NCBI GenBank assembly: GCA_964441295.1
Contig: CAYTUT010000002.1
Span: forward strand, 1-33,473
Direction of reading: 5' to 3'
Source: an uncultured Christensenellaceae bacterium
GTDB lineage: Bacteria > Bacillota > Clostridia > Christensenellales > CAG-1252
DNA: 33,473 nt
Part shown: one piece after another, positions 17,124 to 24,746 of the stretch
Layout: every line of letters starts with the position of its first letter
How positions within the stretch are numbered: position 1 is the stretch's first letter
Position numbers and translations under genes: made by a program
Notes under the pieces: generated by a model
Database searches by the model: none
What the model was told of the DNA's origin: nothing
What the model saw: only the letters and a program-made list of their open reading frames with translations

Positions 17124-18290
17124 CTACATGGCCTGCAAAACATAAAATTTTAGATATACCGTTTCATCGCTGCCGATTCTTGACGGGTGGTCTGAAGACT
17201 GTCCCCTGCGCTCAAGACACTTAAGCCGCACTCCGCTTTCGCGCGCCGCGGCGGCAAGCATACCTTCGAACAAGGGCGGAGTTACATAATGCGAGCATGA
17301 AGAGCTGGCTAGAATACCGCCCTCCCTAAGCAATTTGAGCGCAAGTATATTGATATCCTTGTATCCCCGTATAGCGTCCTTAATCTCTGATGCGGTCTTC
17401 GCAAAAGCCGGCGGGTCGAGCACTATTAAGTCAAAAGTTTCGCCGTTTTTCTTGTATTCTCTCAGCTTGTCGAACACATCGCAACACACCGTGTCTATGC
17501 TTAGACCGTTAAGCTTTGCGTTAGCTTGCAGACTGTCCAGCGCCTTGCTTGATATATCCAGCGCCGTAACGGACTCTGCCCCTGCAAGCGCGGCATTGAG
17601 GGAAAAACCTCCGCTATTAGAAAAACAATCAAGTACTTTTTTGCCTTTGGCATATTTCCGTATGGCAAATCTGTTCTCTTTCTGGTCGAGAAAATAGCCC
17701 GTTTTCTGTCCGTTTTCGATATCTACGAGCATTTTGACACCATTTTCGCATATTTCCACCAGCGGGTCGAACTCTCCGCACAATACGCCCTTAGTCTGCT
17801 TCAGACCTTCTTTTTCGCGCACTGCCACATCGCTGCGCTCATATATCCCTCTCGGCTGGAATACTTCCAATAGACATTCCAGCATAAGGCTTTTTTGCTG
17901 TTCCATGGCAAGCGATAGAAACTGCACGCACAAAATATCGGCATACTTATCCACAATCAGCGCAGGCATATCGTCCGCCTCAGCGAACACCGCGCGGTAG
18001 CAGTTGTCGTATCCCATGAGTATCCTAAGGTCGTTGGCGCGCCTGATCCGCCTCTCGAAAAATGCCTTGTCAATCTCCTCTCCGCGCCGTGTACTTAGTA
18101 TTCTCACCAGTATTTTGGAAGCGTGATTGACAAATCCCTTGCCCAGATATCTGCCATTTGCCGCGAATACCTCAGCCAAATCGCCGTTTCGCCCCTCGCC
18201 CTCGATGCTTGCAACTTCATTGGCATACACCCAGCTATGACCTTCAATAATCCTTCTTTCTTCGTTCTTTTTCAGTGTAATAGTGTACAT
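17124..18290 (-). CDS. Class I SAM-dependent rRNA (cytosine-C5) methyltransferase, RlmI-like with an N-terminal PUA-like domain
   Basis: The N-terminus reads LKKNEERRIIEGHSWVYANEV. The protein also has GYFLDQKENR, VLDCFSNSGGFS (SAM motif I) and LDPPAF (motif IV). Confidence 0.85.
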   Translation of the reverse strand: MYTITLKKNEERRIIEGHSWVYANEVASIEGEGRNGDLAEVFAANGRYLGKGFVNHASKILVRILSTRRGEEIDKAFFERRIRRANDLRILMGYDNCYRAVFAEADDMPALIVDKYADILCVQFLSLAMEQQKSLMLECLLEVFQPRGIYERSDVAVREKEGLKQTKGVLCGEFDPLVEICENGVKMLVDIENGQKTGYFLDQKENRFAIRKYAKGKKVLDCFSNSGGFSLNAALAGAESVTALDISSKALDSLQANAKLNGLSIDTVCCDVFDKLREYKKNGETFDLIVLDPPAFAKTASEIKDAIRGYKDINILALKLLREGGILASSSCSHYVTPPLFEGMLAAAARESGVRLKCLERRGQSSDHPSRIGSDETVYLKFYVLQAM

Positions 18291-18296
18291 AATGCC

Positions 18297-19310
18297 TCAT
18301 TGTTTGAAGATAATCCGCGCAAGGACGGGATAGTGATCGGATATGTAGTATCCGCTGCCGTATTTGTCGCGTATTATCGAATAGCTAAGGACCTCTACCT
18401 GGTCGGATTTGACCAAAATATAATCTATCGCCTCGCTGTCTTTTGATGCTCCGTACCCGTTAGAGGTAATACCGCTGTCAGAGTCTCCTTCGGGAGCAAG
18501 ATATTTGGTATCCGACAGCGTGTCGGACACCAGTCTTGTATATAGTTGTGTCTTTTCTTGAATGTTAAAATCACCCATTACAATAACCTTATCCGCCTGC
18601 TCGGACCATTGCAGTATCAGCTCGACGCTTTTCTCCTTGGCTAAGGCCCCCTTGTTGTCAAAATGCGTGTTCATCAGCGTGAATTCCGCGCCTGAATAGT
18701 GGTCTTTTAGCTTAACTCGGTTACATATCCTTTTAACTCCCGCATCCCATCCGCGGCTTGGCTTCGAGGGGGTCTCCGACAACCAAAGCGTATCGTACTC
18801 AAGCAGCTCAAAACGCGACTTTTTGTAGAAAATAACAGCCGCCTCTGAGATAATCGAACTGAACAGTCTATTAAAAATATTGACTTTCGGGGATATGCTG
18901 TCAATAAGAAGATCGCCTCTTTCCAGCCCAATTCCCGAACGGGATATGCCTACAAAAGCATACTCGTCGCCGAGCGCGCTGATAAGGTATTTGTACTGCG
19001 GATGAGTAACCTCCTGAAACCCAACTACATCCGGCGCGTATTGACGCACCAGGGCGGATACATGCTCCTTTCTGTTGTCCCAATAATTCTGCTTGTCACT
19101 TTCCTTGGTAAAGCACCTTATGTTAAAGGTCATTGCCTTTATCTCCATATCCTCATTGCTGACAGAAGCAGGCACCGCAATGTAATCTGCGCCGAGCGTG
19201 ACGGCGTTGTTGTCCGGCAACCCGATGCGATATGCTCCGAACAGCACTCCGACATTCGCCGAGGCTGCAAGTATGGAAATCATTGCAACAAATAATATCT
19301 TTCTTAACAT
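18297..19310 (-). CDS. Secreted endonuclease/exonuclease/phosphatase (EEP) family protein
   Basis: An N-terminal signal/TM segment LFVAMISILAASA is followed by TFNIR, VGFQEV, NTHFD, GDFN and a terminal SDHYPV catalytic-His block. Confidence 0.8.
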   Translation of the reverse strand: MLRKILFVAMISILAASANVGVLFGAYRIGLPDNNAVTLGADYIAVPASVSNEDMEIKAMTFNIRCFTKESDKQNYWDNRKEHVSALVRQYAPDVVGFQEVTHPQYKYLISALGDEYAFVGISRSGIGLERGDLLIDSISPKVNIFNRLFSSIISEAAVIFYKKSRFELLEYDTLWLSETPSKPSRGWDAGVKRICNRVKLKDHYSGAEFTLMNTHFDNKGALAKEKSVELILQWSEQADKVIVMGDFNIQEKTQLYTRLVSDTLSDTKYLAPEGDSDSGITSNGYGASKDSEAIDYILVKSDQVEVLSYSIIRDKYGSGYYISDHYPVLARIIFKQ

Positions 19311-19337
19311 AACAACACCCCAGTAAAGAATTATTGA

Positions 19338-19366
19338 ATTATAGCACTATTGACCGCAATATACAA
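19338..19366 (-). promoter_or_regulatory. Candidate promoter for the EEP/RlmI-like genes
   Basis: The minus strand reads TTGTAT (19366-19361), a 17-nt spacer, then TATAAT (19343-19338), with an extended TGc. Confidence 0.45.
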
Positions 19367-19440
19367 TACATACGACACAAAATCCCCATTAAGAACATTG
19401 ATACGGGCGTGATTTTCGCGACACTTGAGGCAGGCGGATA

Positions 19441-20469
19441 TTACCACTTGTTGCGCACTCTCTCTGCAAAGCCAAAGCAATCGCAAAAGTCTACTACACT
19501 GCCGTCATCAAGCACCGCGCGACCTTCGAATGTGCCAAACACCTGATGCGCGTCCTGCGCGATGATTAATGCGTTGAGCTTGGTGCGGTTGTCATATATA
19601 GGTCTAAAAATCATATTGAGTCTATCGTTGCTTGAGGTGAAATGCCACGGCTTCATGTACTCCAGTCTGCCGTCGATTACTGGTATGCCGAAGTCGACAA
19701 GCTCAAGCTTATGCGCCCTGCCTTTGTAAAATAACATATTTTCGCTTGCCGCCGAGGTATCTCCGAATCCGTAGCCTAGGTTAAAGCCGAGTGTTGAGCC
19801 GTCCTTGAGCCTTGCGCTCATACTGCTCCAGTACCAGGTGTTGTCATATGTCCATACGCCTCTTCCCCAGTCAAGCACCGCCAACATGTTGTTGAGATTG
19901 TAGTCCTTCTCTCCGTATCTCATGTTGCCCGTGACTTTCATGCAATTAATCTTTTGGTTATAATAGAATGCCCTTTTGTCCTCCGCAAATGGAGTGGCGA
20001 TAACCATCGAATCTTCGGGCAGCTCGGTGAGATTGACATCAATAATCAGCTGTTTATCGCCGTCAAACTTTGGCATATTGCAATACAGCCGTCTGTAGTT
20101 GCCGCCGTTAATGAAGTCAAGCGTGATTTTTTTGCTCTGATAGCGCGCGTCACCGCGTTCGCTTGTTGTCGGCAGCCTCATCCTGCCCATCGGAAAAGGC
20201 ACAAAGGCAAAATTGGTCACCTTAGTACCTGTGGTATAATCAAAAAACTGCGCGCTTGCGATGCCCATATAGGCATTGTCTGCAATAGTCAGCGACAAGC
20301 CGAATTCTTTGTTGCCGATAAAATAATAGTCCCATTCTTTAATTCTTAGCTTTGACGCTCTGATATCCTTGCGGTCATACTCCATAACGAGCTTGGTTGA
20401 GTAACCGCATTCAGCCAGCTTGCCGTTGCCGTCCAACAGCTTTTTTGCTCCGATTAGTTTGTTTTGCAT
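19441..20469 (-). CDS. DUF2804-type protein of unknown function
   Basis: 342 aa. It contains KEWDYY, NTWYWSS, GFNLGYGFGD and a C-terminal FGFAERVRNKW, which I recognise from memory as DUF2804-type blocks. The RBS is GGAGGAAGG. Confidence 0.6.
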   Translation of the reverse strand: MQNKLIGAKKLLDGNGKLAECGYSTKLVMEYDRKDIRASKLRIKEWDYYFIGNKEFGLSLTIADNAYMGIASAQFFDYTTGTKVTNFAFVPFPMGRMRLPTTSERGDARYQSKKITLDFINGGNYRRLYCNMPKFDGDKQLIIDVNLTELPEDSMVIATPFAEDKRAFYYNQKINCMKVTGNMRYGEKDYNLNNMLAVLDWGRGVWTYDNTWYWSSMSARLKDGSTLGFNLGYGFGDTSAASENMLFYKGRAHKLELVDFGIPVIDGRLEYMKPWHFTSSNDRLNMIFRPIYDNRTKLNALIIAQDAHQVFGTFEGRAVLDDGSVVDFCDCFGFAERVRNKW

Positions 20470-20556
20470 ACCTTCCTCCGGGTTCCGTTAAGTTATTATA
20501 ACATATTATTTCAGCACCCTGATAATTAATTTGCGCCGCACGCATGACTGGCGCTA

Positions 20557-20574
20557 AAATGTTGCACAACATTT
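20557..20574. promoter_or_regulatory. Perfect 18-bp palindrome, a candidate operator in the divergent DUF2804/DUF5054 intergenic region
   Basis: The sequence is AAATGTTG-CA-CAACATTT: 8-bp arms with no mismatches. It overlaps the likely -35 region (TTGCAC/TTGTCC) of the plus-strand gene. Confidence 0.5.
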
Positions 20575-20626
20575 GTCCAACTGTGATATTATTGTATTAA
20601 TATACGCTGAAAACAAGAGAGGCAAT

Positions 20627-22699
20627 ATGAAAAAAGTCATTGTCGTATCAAAGACGCATTTGGATTTGGGGTTCACAGACTACGCATATGCGGTGAGAGA
20701 AAAATATCTCAAAGATTTTATACCCTCCGCTATCGCCATTGCAAAAGCTGTCAATACCCGCACAAAGAGATTTGTGTGGACTACCGGCTCATGGCTTTTA
20801 AGCGAGGCGCTTAAAAACGGAACCCCCGAATTGAAAAGCAATTTGACCGAGGCGCTCAAAAACGGGGATATATGCGCTCATGCGCTGCCTTTCACCACCC
20901 ATACAGAGCTGCTCGACGCCGATACGCTAGAGTACGGGCTGTCGCTGATTGACAAAATAGACAAAATAAGCGGGACAAAAACCATATCCGCAAAAATGAC
21001 TGATGTGCCCGGTCATACTGCCGCTCTTGTGCCTTTCTTGGCGAGAAAAGGCATAAAGCTGCTGCACATCGGCGTCAACGGCGCTTCCGCAATACCCGTG
21101 GTCCCCGAATGCTTTTTGTGGAAGAAGGACGGATACGAGATTGTTGTCATATATTCAGGAGACTACGGCGGCGAGTTCAGAAGCTGTCTAATTGACGATA
21201 TTTTGTATTTTGACCATACCTTAGACAATCACGGTGTGCGCTCTCCCGAGGCGGTTATCGGCAACTTTAATGCCATACAAGAAAAATACAAGGGCTTCGA
21301 AGTCGTTGCCGGCAGTATGGATTACATCGCCGAAAAGCTTTGGTCGGTTAAGGACAGACTCCCCGTAATCACTTCCGAGATAGGCGACAGCTGGATACAC
21401 GGAGCCGCCTCAGACCCATACAAGGTTGCGGCGCTCAAAGAGCTGCAAAGTCTGAAAAGAGAGTGGCTCGATAGCGGCTCATTAGTCAAAAACAGCGCGG
21501 AATATAACGAGCTTGATGATAACCTGCTGTGTATCTGCGAGCATACCTGGGGTATGGATATGAAGACCTATCTCGGCGATTACGAGCACTATCTGCGCAA
21601 GGATTTTGAAAAAGCGCGCAAAAGGGACAAGGTAAGGATAACACGCATATTTGCTGATTTTCCGCATAATTTCAATAATTTTGTGCGCAGACTCAAGGGT
21701 GAATACAAGGTCGGGAGCTACAGAGTCATCGAAAAAAGCTGGCAAGAACAGCGGGAATACATCAAAAAAGCTGTCGGCGCGCTGTCCAAGGATAGAGCGA
21801 AGAAGGCATCTGAGCGGCTGGCGCGGCTTACCCCTCAAGATTATCTGAGGGAGGAGGGCAAGCCTCTCGAGTGCGGCAAAACATATTCGTTCGGCAGTTA
21901 CAGGCTGTGTATCAACAGTTTTGGCGGAATCGGGTCGTTTGCCGTTGATAATGTAAATCTAATCAAGGACAACAACAGACCCGTCATGCAATACCATTCT
22001 TACGGAATAGCTGATTATAATTTTTGGTTCGATCATTATACAAGGGATGCCGCCAAAAACAAAAATTGGGCATTTTCAGATTTTGGCAGACCTCTTCTAA
22101 AATATGCCGACAAAGGTTATCTGAAGGGCAGGTTCGATTACCGTCTGGAAAGCAGTACCATAAGGGAGAGCAAGCAAGGGCTCACAATCAGCGTTATGCT
22201 GCGCGTTGACGATTATTGCTCCTCGGAGCTAGGTGCGCCCAAAAGGATTCAGCTAATCTATACGGTTGATAATGACGGACTAAATATCCGCGTTATTTGG
22301 ATTAGCAAGCCTGCCAGCCGCCTTACTGAGAGCTTGCACTTCAACCTCTATCCCAACGCAAAAAAAGAAAGCCTGTTCTACCAAAAAATCGGCGCGGATA
22401 TTGACCCGTATAAGGTAGTCAAATACGGCAACCGCAATCTGTCAGCCGTCGAACGGATTAAATTTACATCAGGCGCCTCCGATGTCTGTATCGTTAATAG
22501 TCATGCTCCTCTTGTCGGCTTGGGCAAGGGCAAAATTTTAGAGTTTGACAACAAATACGGCAATGTCGAAGAAGAGGGGCTGAGCTTTATACTCCACAAC
22601 AATGTGTGGGGCACCAATTTTCCGCTTTGGTATGAGGGCAATGCCGCATTTGATTTCGCCGTTAAGGTCGAATCAAACAAGAGGCAGAGTAGCAAATAA
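20627..22699 (+). CDS. DUF5054-type (GH38 N-terminal-like) putative glycoside hydrolase
   Basis: Begins MKKVIVVSKTHLDLGFTDYA... and is about 690 aa. The family name is recalled from memory. I moved the start from the TTG at 20573 to the ATG at 20627, which has a GAGAGG RBS. Confidence 0.55.
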   Translation: MKKVIVVSKTHLDLGFTDYAYAVREKYLKDFIPSAIAIAKAVNTRTKRFVWTTGSWLLSEALKNGTPELKSNLTEALKNGDICAHALPFTTHTELLDADTLEYGLSLIDKIDKISGTKTISAKMTDVPGHTAALVPFLARKGIKLLHIGVNGASAIPVVPECFLWKKDGYEIVVIYSGDYGGEFRSCLIDDILYFDHTLDNHGVRSPEAVIGNFNAIQEKYKGFEVVAGSMDYIAEKLWSVKDRLPVITSEIGDSWIHGAASDPYKVAALKELQSLKREWLDSGSLVKNSAEYNELDDNLLCICEHTWGMDMKTYLGDYEHYLRKDFEKARKRDKVRITRIFADFPHNFNNFVRRLKGEYKVGSYRVIEKSWQEQREYIKKAVGALSKDRAKKASERLARLTPQDYLREEGKPLECGKTYSFGSYRLCINSFGGIGSFAVDNVNLIKDNNRPVMQYHSYGIADYNFWFDHYTRDAAKNKNWAFSDFGRPLLKYADKGYLKGRFDYRLESSTIRESKQGLTISVMLRVDDYCSSELGAPKRIQLIYTVDNDGLNIRVIWISKPASRLTESLHFNLYPNAKKESLFYQKIGADIDPYKVVKYGNRNLSAVERIKFTSGASDVCIVNSHAPLVGLGKGKILEFDNKYGNVEEEGLSFILHNNVWGTNFPLWYEGNAAFDFAVKVESNKRQSSK

Positions 22700-22725
22700 C
22701 GCCATCATTAAGTTGCTAATAGCTA

Positions 22726-22755
22726 TTGACAACTGCTCTGCTTTACATTTATTAT
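22726..22755 (+). promoter_or_regulatory. Candidate promoter for the SGNH-lipoprotein pair
   Basis: TTGACA (22726-22731), an 18-nt spacer, then TATTAT (22750-22755). A GGGGAG RBS and the ATG at 22787 follow. Confidence 0.45.
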
Positions 22756-22786
22756 ATCTATAATAAGATTTTGGGGAGTCTAGTAT

Positions 22787-23788
22787 ATGATAAAAAAGCT
22801 TATAGTTTTTGTTCTTGTAGCCGTCTTTGCGATATCTGTCGGTGTTGTCTCTGTCGGCTGTGATAAGGAGCCTCTTTTGATAGTGTATCTAGGTGATTCT
22901 ATCGGAGAAGGCATCGCGGGAGTTTCTCCCGTGTCCGAGCGCGAAAGATATGCGTATTACGGCATTTTGGGCATCCGTAACGAATATGAGTTTCGCAATC
23001 GCGCGGTAAGCGGGCATCAGACAACAGACCTGCTTGAGATTATCAGGCGCGAGGATACTGATGTCAAAATGATACGCACTCTTTTGACCGATGCGGACAT
23101 TATACATGTGTCTATACTCGGCAATGATTTGCTGCTTAACGATTTGGGCAAGCTTATTGTCACAGTCGCCAATAACGATTACTCGGCGCTTGATGCTATA
23201 CTCGATAGGTCCAGAGCCAATTTTGCTGAGATAGTCACAATATTGAGAGGCTATAATCCTAAAGCCACACTAATGTTTCAAAATGTATACAATCCGGTCT
23301 TCCTAGACTGTGATTTGATTAGCGCCGGGGTACGCGCAACGCTTGACGGTATGGATATCAGCGAGAGCGAATACAGAAGCTATGGCGGCATTATTCTTGA
23401 TAGGCTTAACGATATTATCAGCGATTATCTGGAGCAGAATCCGGGCGCATACTACATTATCGATGCGCGAGCCGAATTCGAGAGAATCTATCAGGAAGAC
23501 CCTTCGCGCGGAGAAAGACTTGTTTTTGTAGACAGCATACATCCCTCTAACGAGGGGCATGCGGTGATTGCCGACCTTATACAGACAAAACTGGAATCGC
23601 TCAAGCTTGCCAAGCAAAAAACCGCCGTCAAGAATTATAAGGAGCTGCGCAAGGAACAGCTTCAGCGGTTATACGGCAGCTCGGTGGATGTAGGCAGCGT
23701 CAGCGCGCAAATTGACAGTGCTAAAAACTGCGCTGATATAACCAAAATATACTTCGAGGCAATACAAAACCATTTGCCCGAGTATTGA
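22787..23788 (+). CDS. SGNH/GDSL-family hydrolase, probable lipoprotein
   Basis: It has a signal peptide plus lipobox (VSVGC). The SGNH blocks are YLGDSIGEG (block I Ser), VSGHQT (block II Gly), ILGNDL (block III Asn) and DSIHPS (block V D..H). Confidence 0.8.
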   Translation: MIKKLIVFVLVAVFAISVGVVSVGCDKEPLLIVYLGDSIGEGIAGVSPVSERERYAYYGILGIRNEYEFRNRAVSGHQTTDLLEIIRREDTDVKMIRTLLTDADIIHVSILGNDLLLNDLGKLIVTVANNDYSALDAILDRSRANFAEIVTILRGYNPKATLMFQNVYNPVFLDCDLISAGVRATLDGMDISESEYRSYGGIILDRLNDIISDYLEQNPGAYYIIDARAEFERIYQEDPSRGERLVFVDSIHPSNEGHAVIADLIQTKLESLKLAKQKTAVKNYKELRKEQLQRLYGSSVDVGSVSAQIDSAKNCADITKIYFEAIQNHLPEY

Positions 23789-23806
23789 TTGTAAGGAGAA
23801 CGCTTT

Positions 23807-24541
23807 ATGAAAAGAAATACCGTTTACTATAGATTATCATCATTGTTCATTGCGGTGGTTTTGCTCGTTTCGGCGCTATTATTCTCTACCGCATGTACTC
23901 CGAAAAGCAACGAACCCGAATCCTACCTCGTTGAAGAAGACACCTCCTTTGCAATCATTCTTACCGAGAGCAGTATAATGGGATTGCCCTTCAATCTGTT
24001 CATCGACAGAAGCAGTTCTATCGTATTAAGGACAGACGGCACCGCAACCATCACCATCAAAACCACCCGCGCCCTAAGCGGTCTTGCCAACACCCTCCTT
24101 TCGCAAGGGCTAGCGGGCGAATTTTTGATTACTCCCTTTGTGGAGATGGCGCTGGAATATATACCGGGCTTTTCCTTAATCGACATGCAAAGCACCTTCG
24201 GGCTTGTCCAAACTCTACTGGGTCTTACCCTAGTCGGTTTTGACTGGACCGACCCGGAGATTGAAGAGCTGTTCAACACAATCCACGAGACGGGAAAACT
24301 ACCGGCAGAGCTTCGCATTCCCAACAGCCTTACCCTAGAGTATACCGCCAATTATTACATCAAAGATGTCGCATCCCCCTACTCGGGCGCATATTCGGGT
24401 ATATATATGGGTGACCACGCCTCTAACGGTGAGCCTTTTATCCTTATGGATCTAAGAGAGGACGACAACGGAGATAAAAAAATTAATCTTAGAATAGAGC
24501 TGGTAAAGCTAATCGTCAACGCTTCTGAGATATTTAGCTAA
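23807..24541 (+). CDS. Hypothetical lipoprotein
   Basis: It has a signal peptide with lipobox LFSTAC and an AAGGAG RBS 8 nt upstream. I recognise no other domain. Confidence 0.6.
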   Translation: MKRNTVYYRLSSLFIAVVLLVSALLFSTACTPKSNEPESYLVEEDTSFAIILTESSIMGLPFNLFIDRSSSIVLRTDGTATITIKTTRALSGLANTLLSQGLAGEFLITPFVEMALEYIPGFSLIDMQSTFGLVQTLLGLTLVGFDWTDPEIEELFNTIHETGKLPAELRIPNSLTLEYTANYYIKDVASPYSGAYSGIYMGDHASNGEPFILMDLREDDNGDKKINLRIELVKLIVNASEIFS

Positions 24542-24572
24542 GCTAATTGCCATACTTGTTTTGCGAATAATT

Positions 24573-24630
24573 AAGGACATCAGCGACGTAATTCGTCACC
24601 ATACGCCAGTTTGATGTCCTTTTTATCTTT
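24573..24630 (+). terminator. Intrinsic terminator after the lipoprotein gene, with an atypically long loop
   Basis: AAGGACATCA (24573-24582) pairs with TGATGTCCTT (24612-24621). The 29-nt loop contains an inner GACG/CGTC stem. TTTTTATCTTTTT follows. Confidence 0.6.
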
Positions 24631-24689
24631 TTACTATCAAATAACCTTATATTGGCAAGACTATTGCAATTAAGCATATTTTTGCTATA

Positions 24690-24718
24690 TTTACTATTCT
24701 TGAAATATGTAGTATAAT
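24690..24718 (+). promoter_or_regulatory. Candidate promoter of the GGDEF/HD-GYP sensor gene
   Basis: TTTACT (24690-24695), a 17-nt spacer, then TATAAT (24713-24718). A GAGG RBS at 24738 and the ATG at 24747 follow. Confidence 0.5.
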
Positions 24719-24746
24719 TTCCCTATATGCCATGAAGTGAGGTAAT

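Noticed and set aside
17124-19310. The adjacent methyltransferase and EEP nuclease-fold genes as a possible restriction-modification or defence pair.
   Set aside because: - The methyltransferase has the PUA-like N-terminus and motifs of RlmI-type rRNA m5C methyltransferases, not those of a DNA methyltransferase.
- The EEP protein carries a signal peptide, so it is exported.
- The genes have separate RBSs and a housekeeping context.
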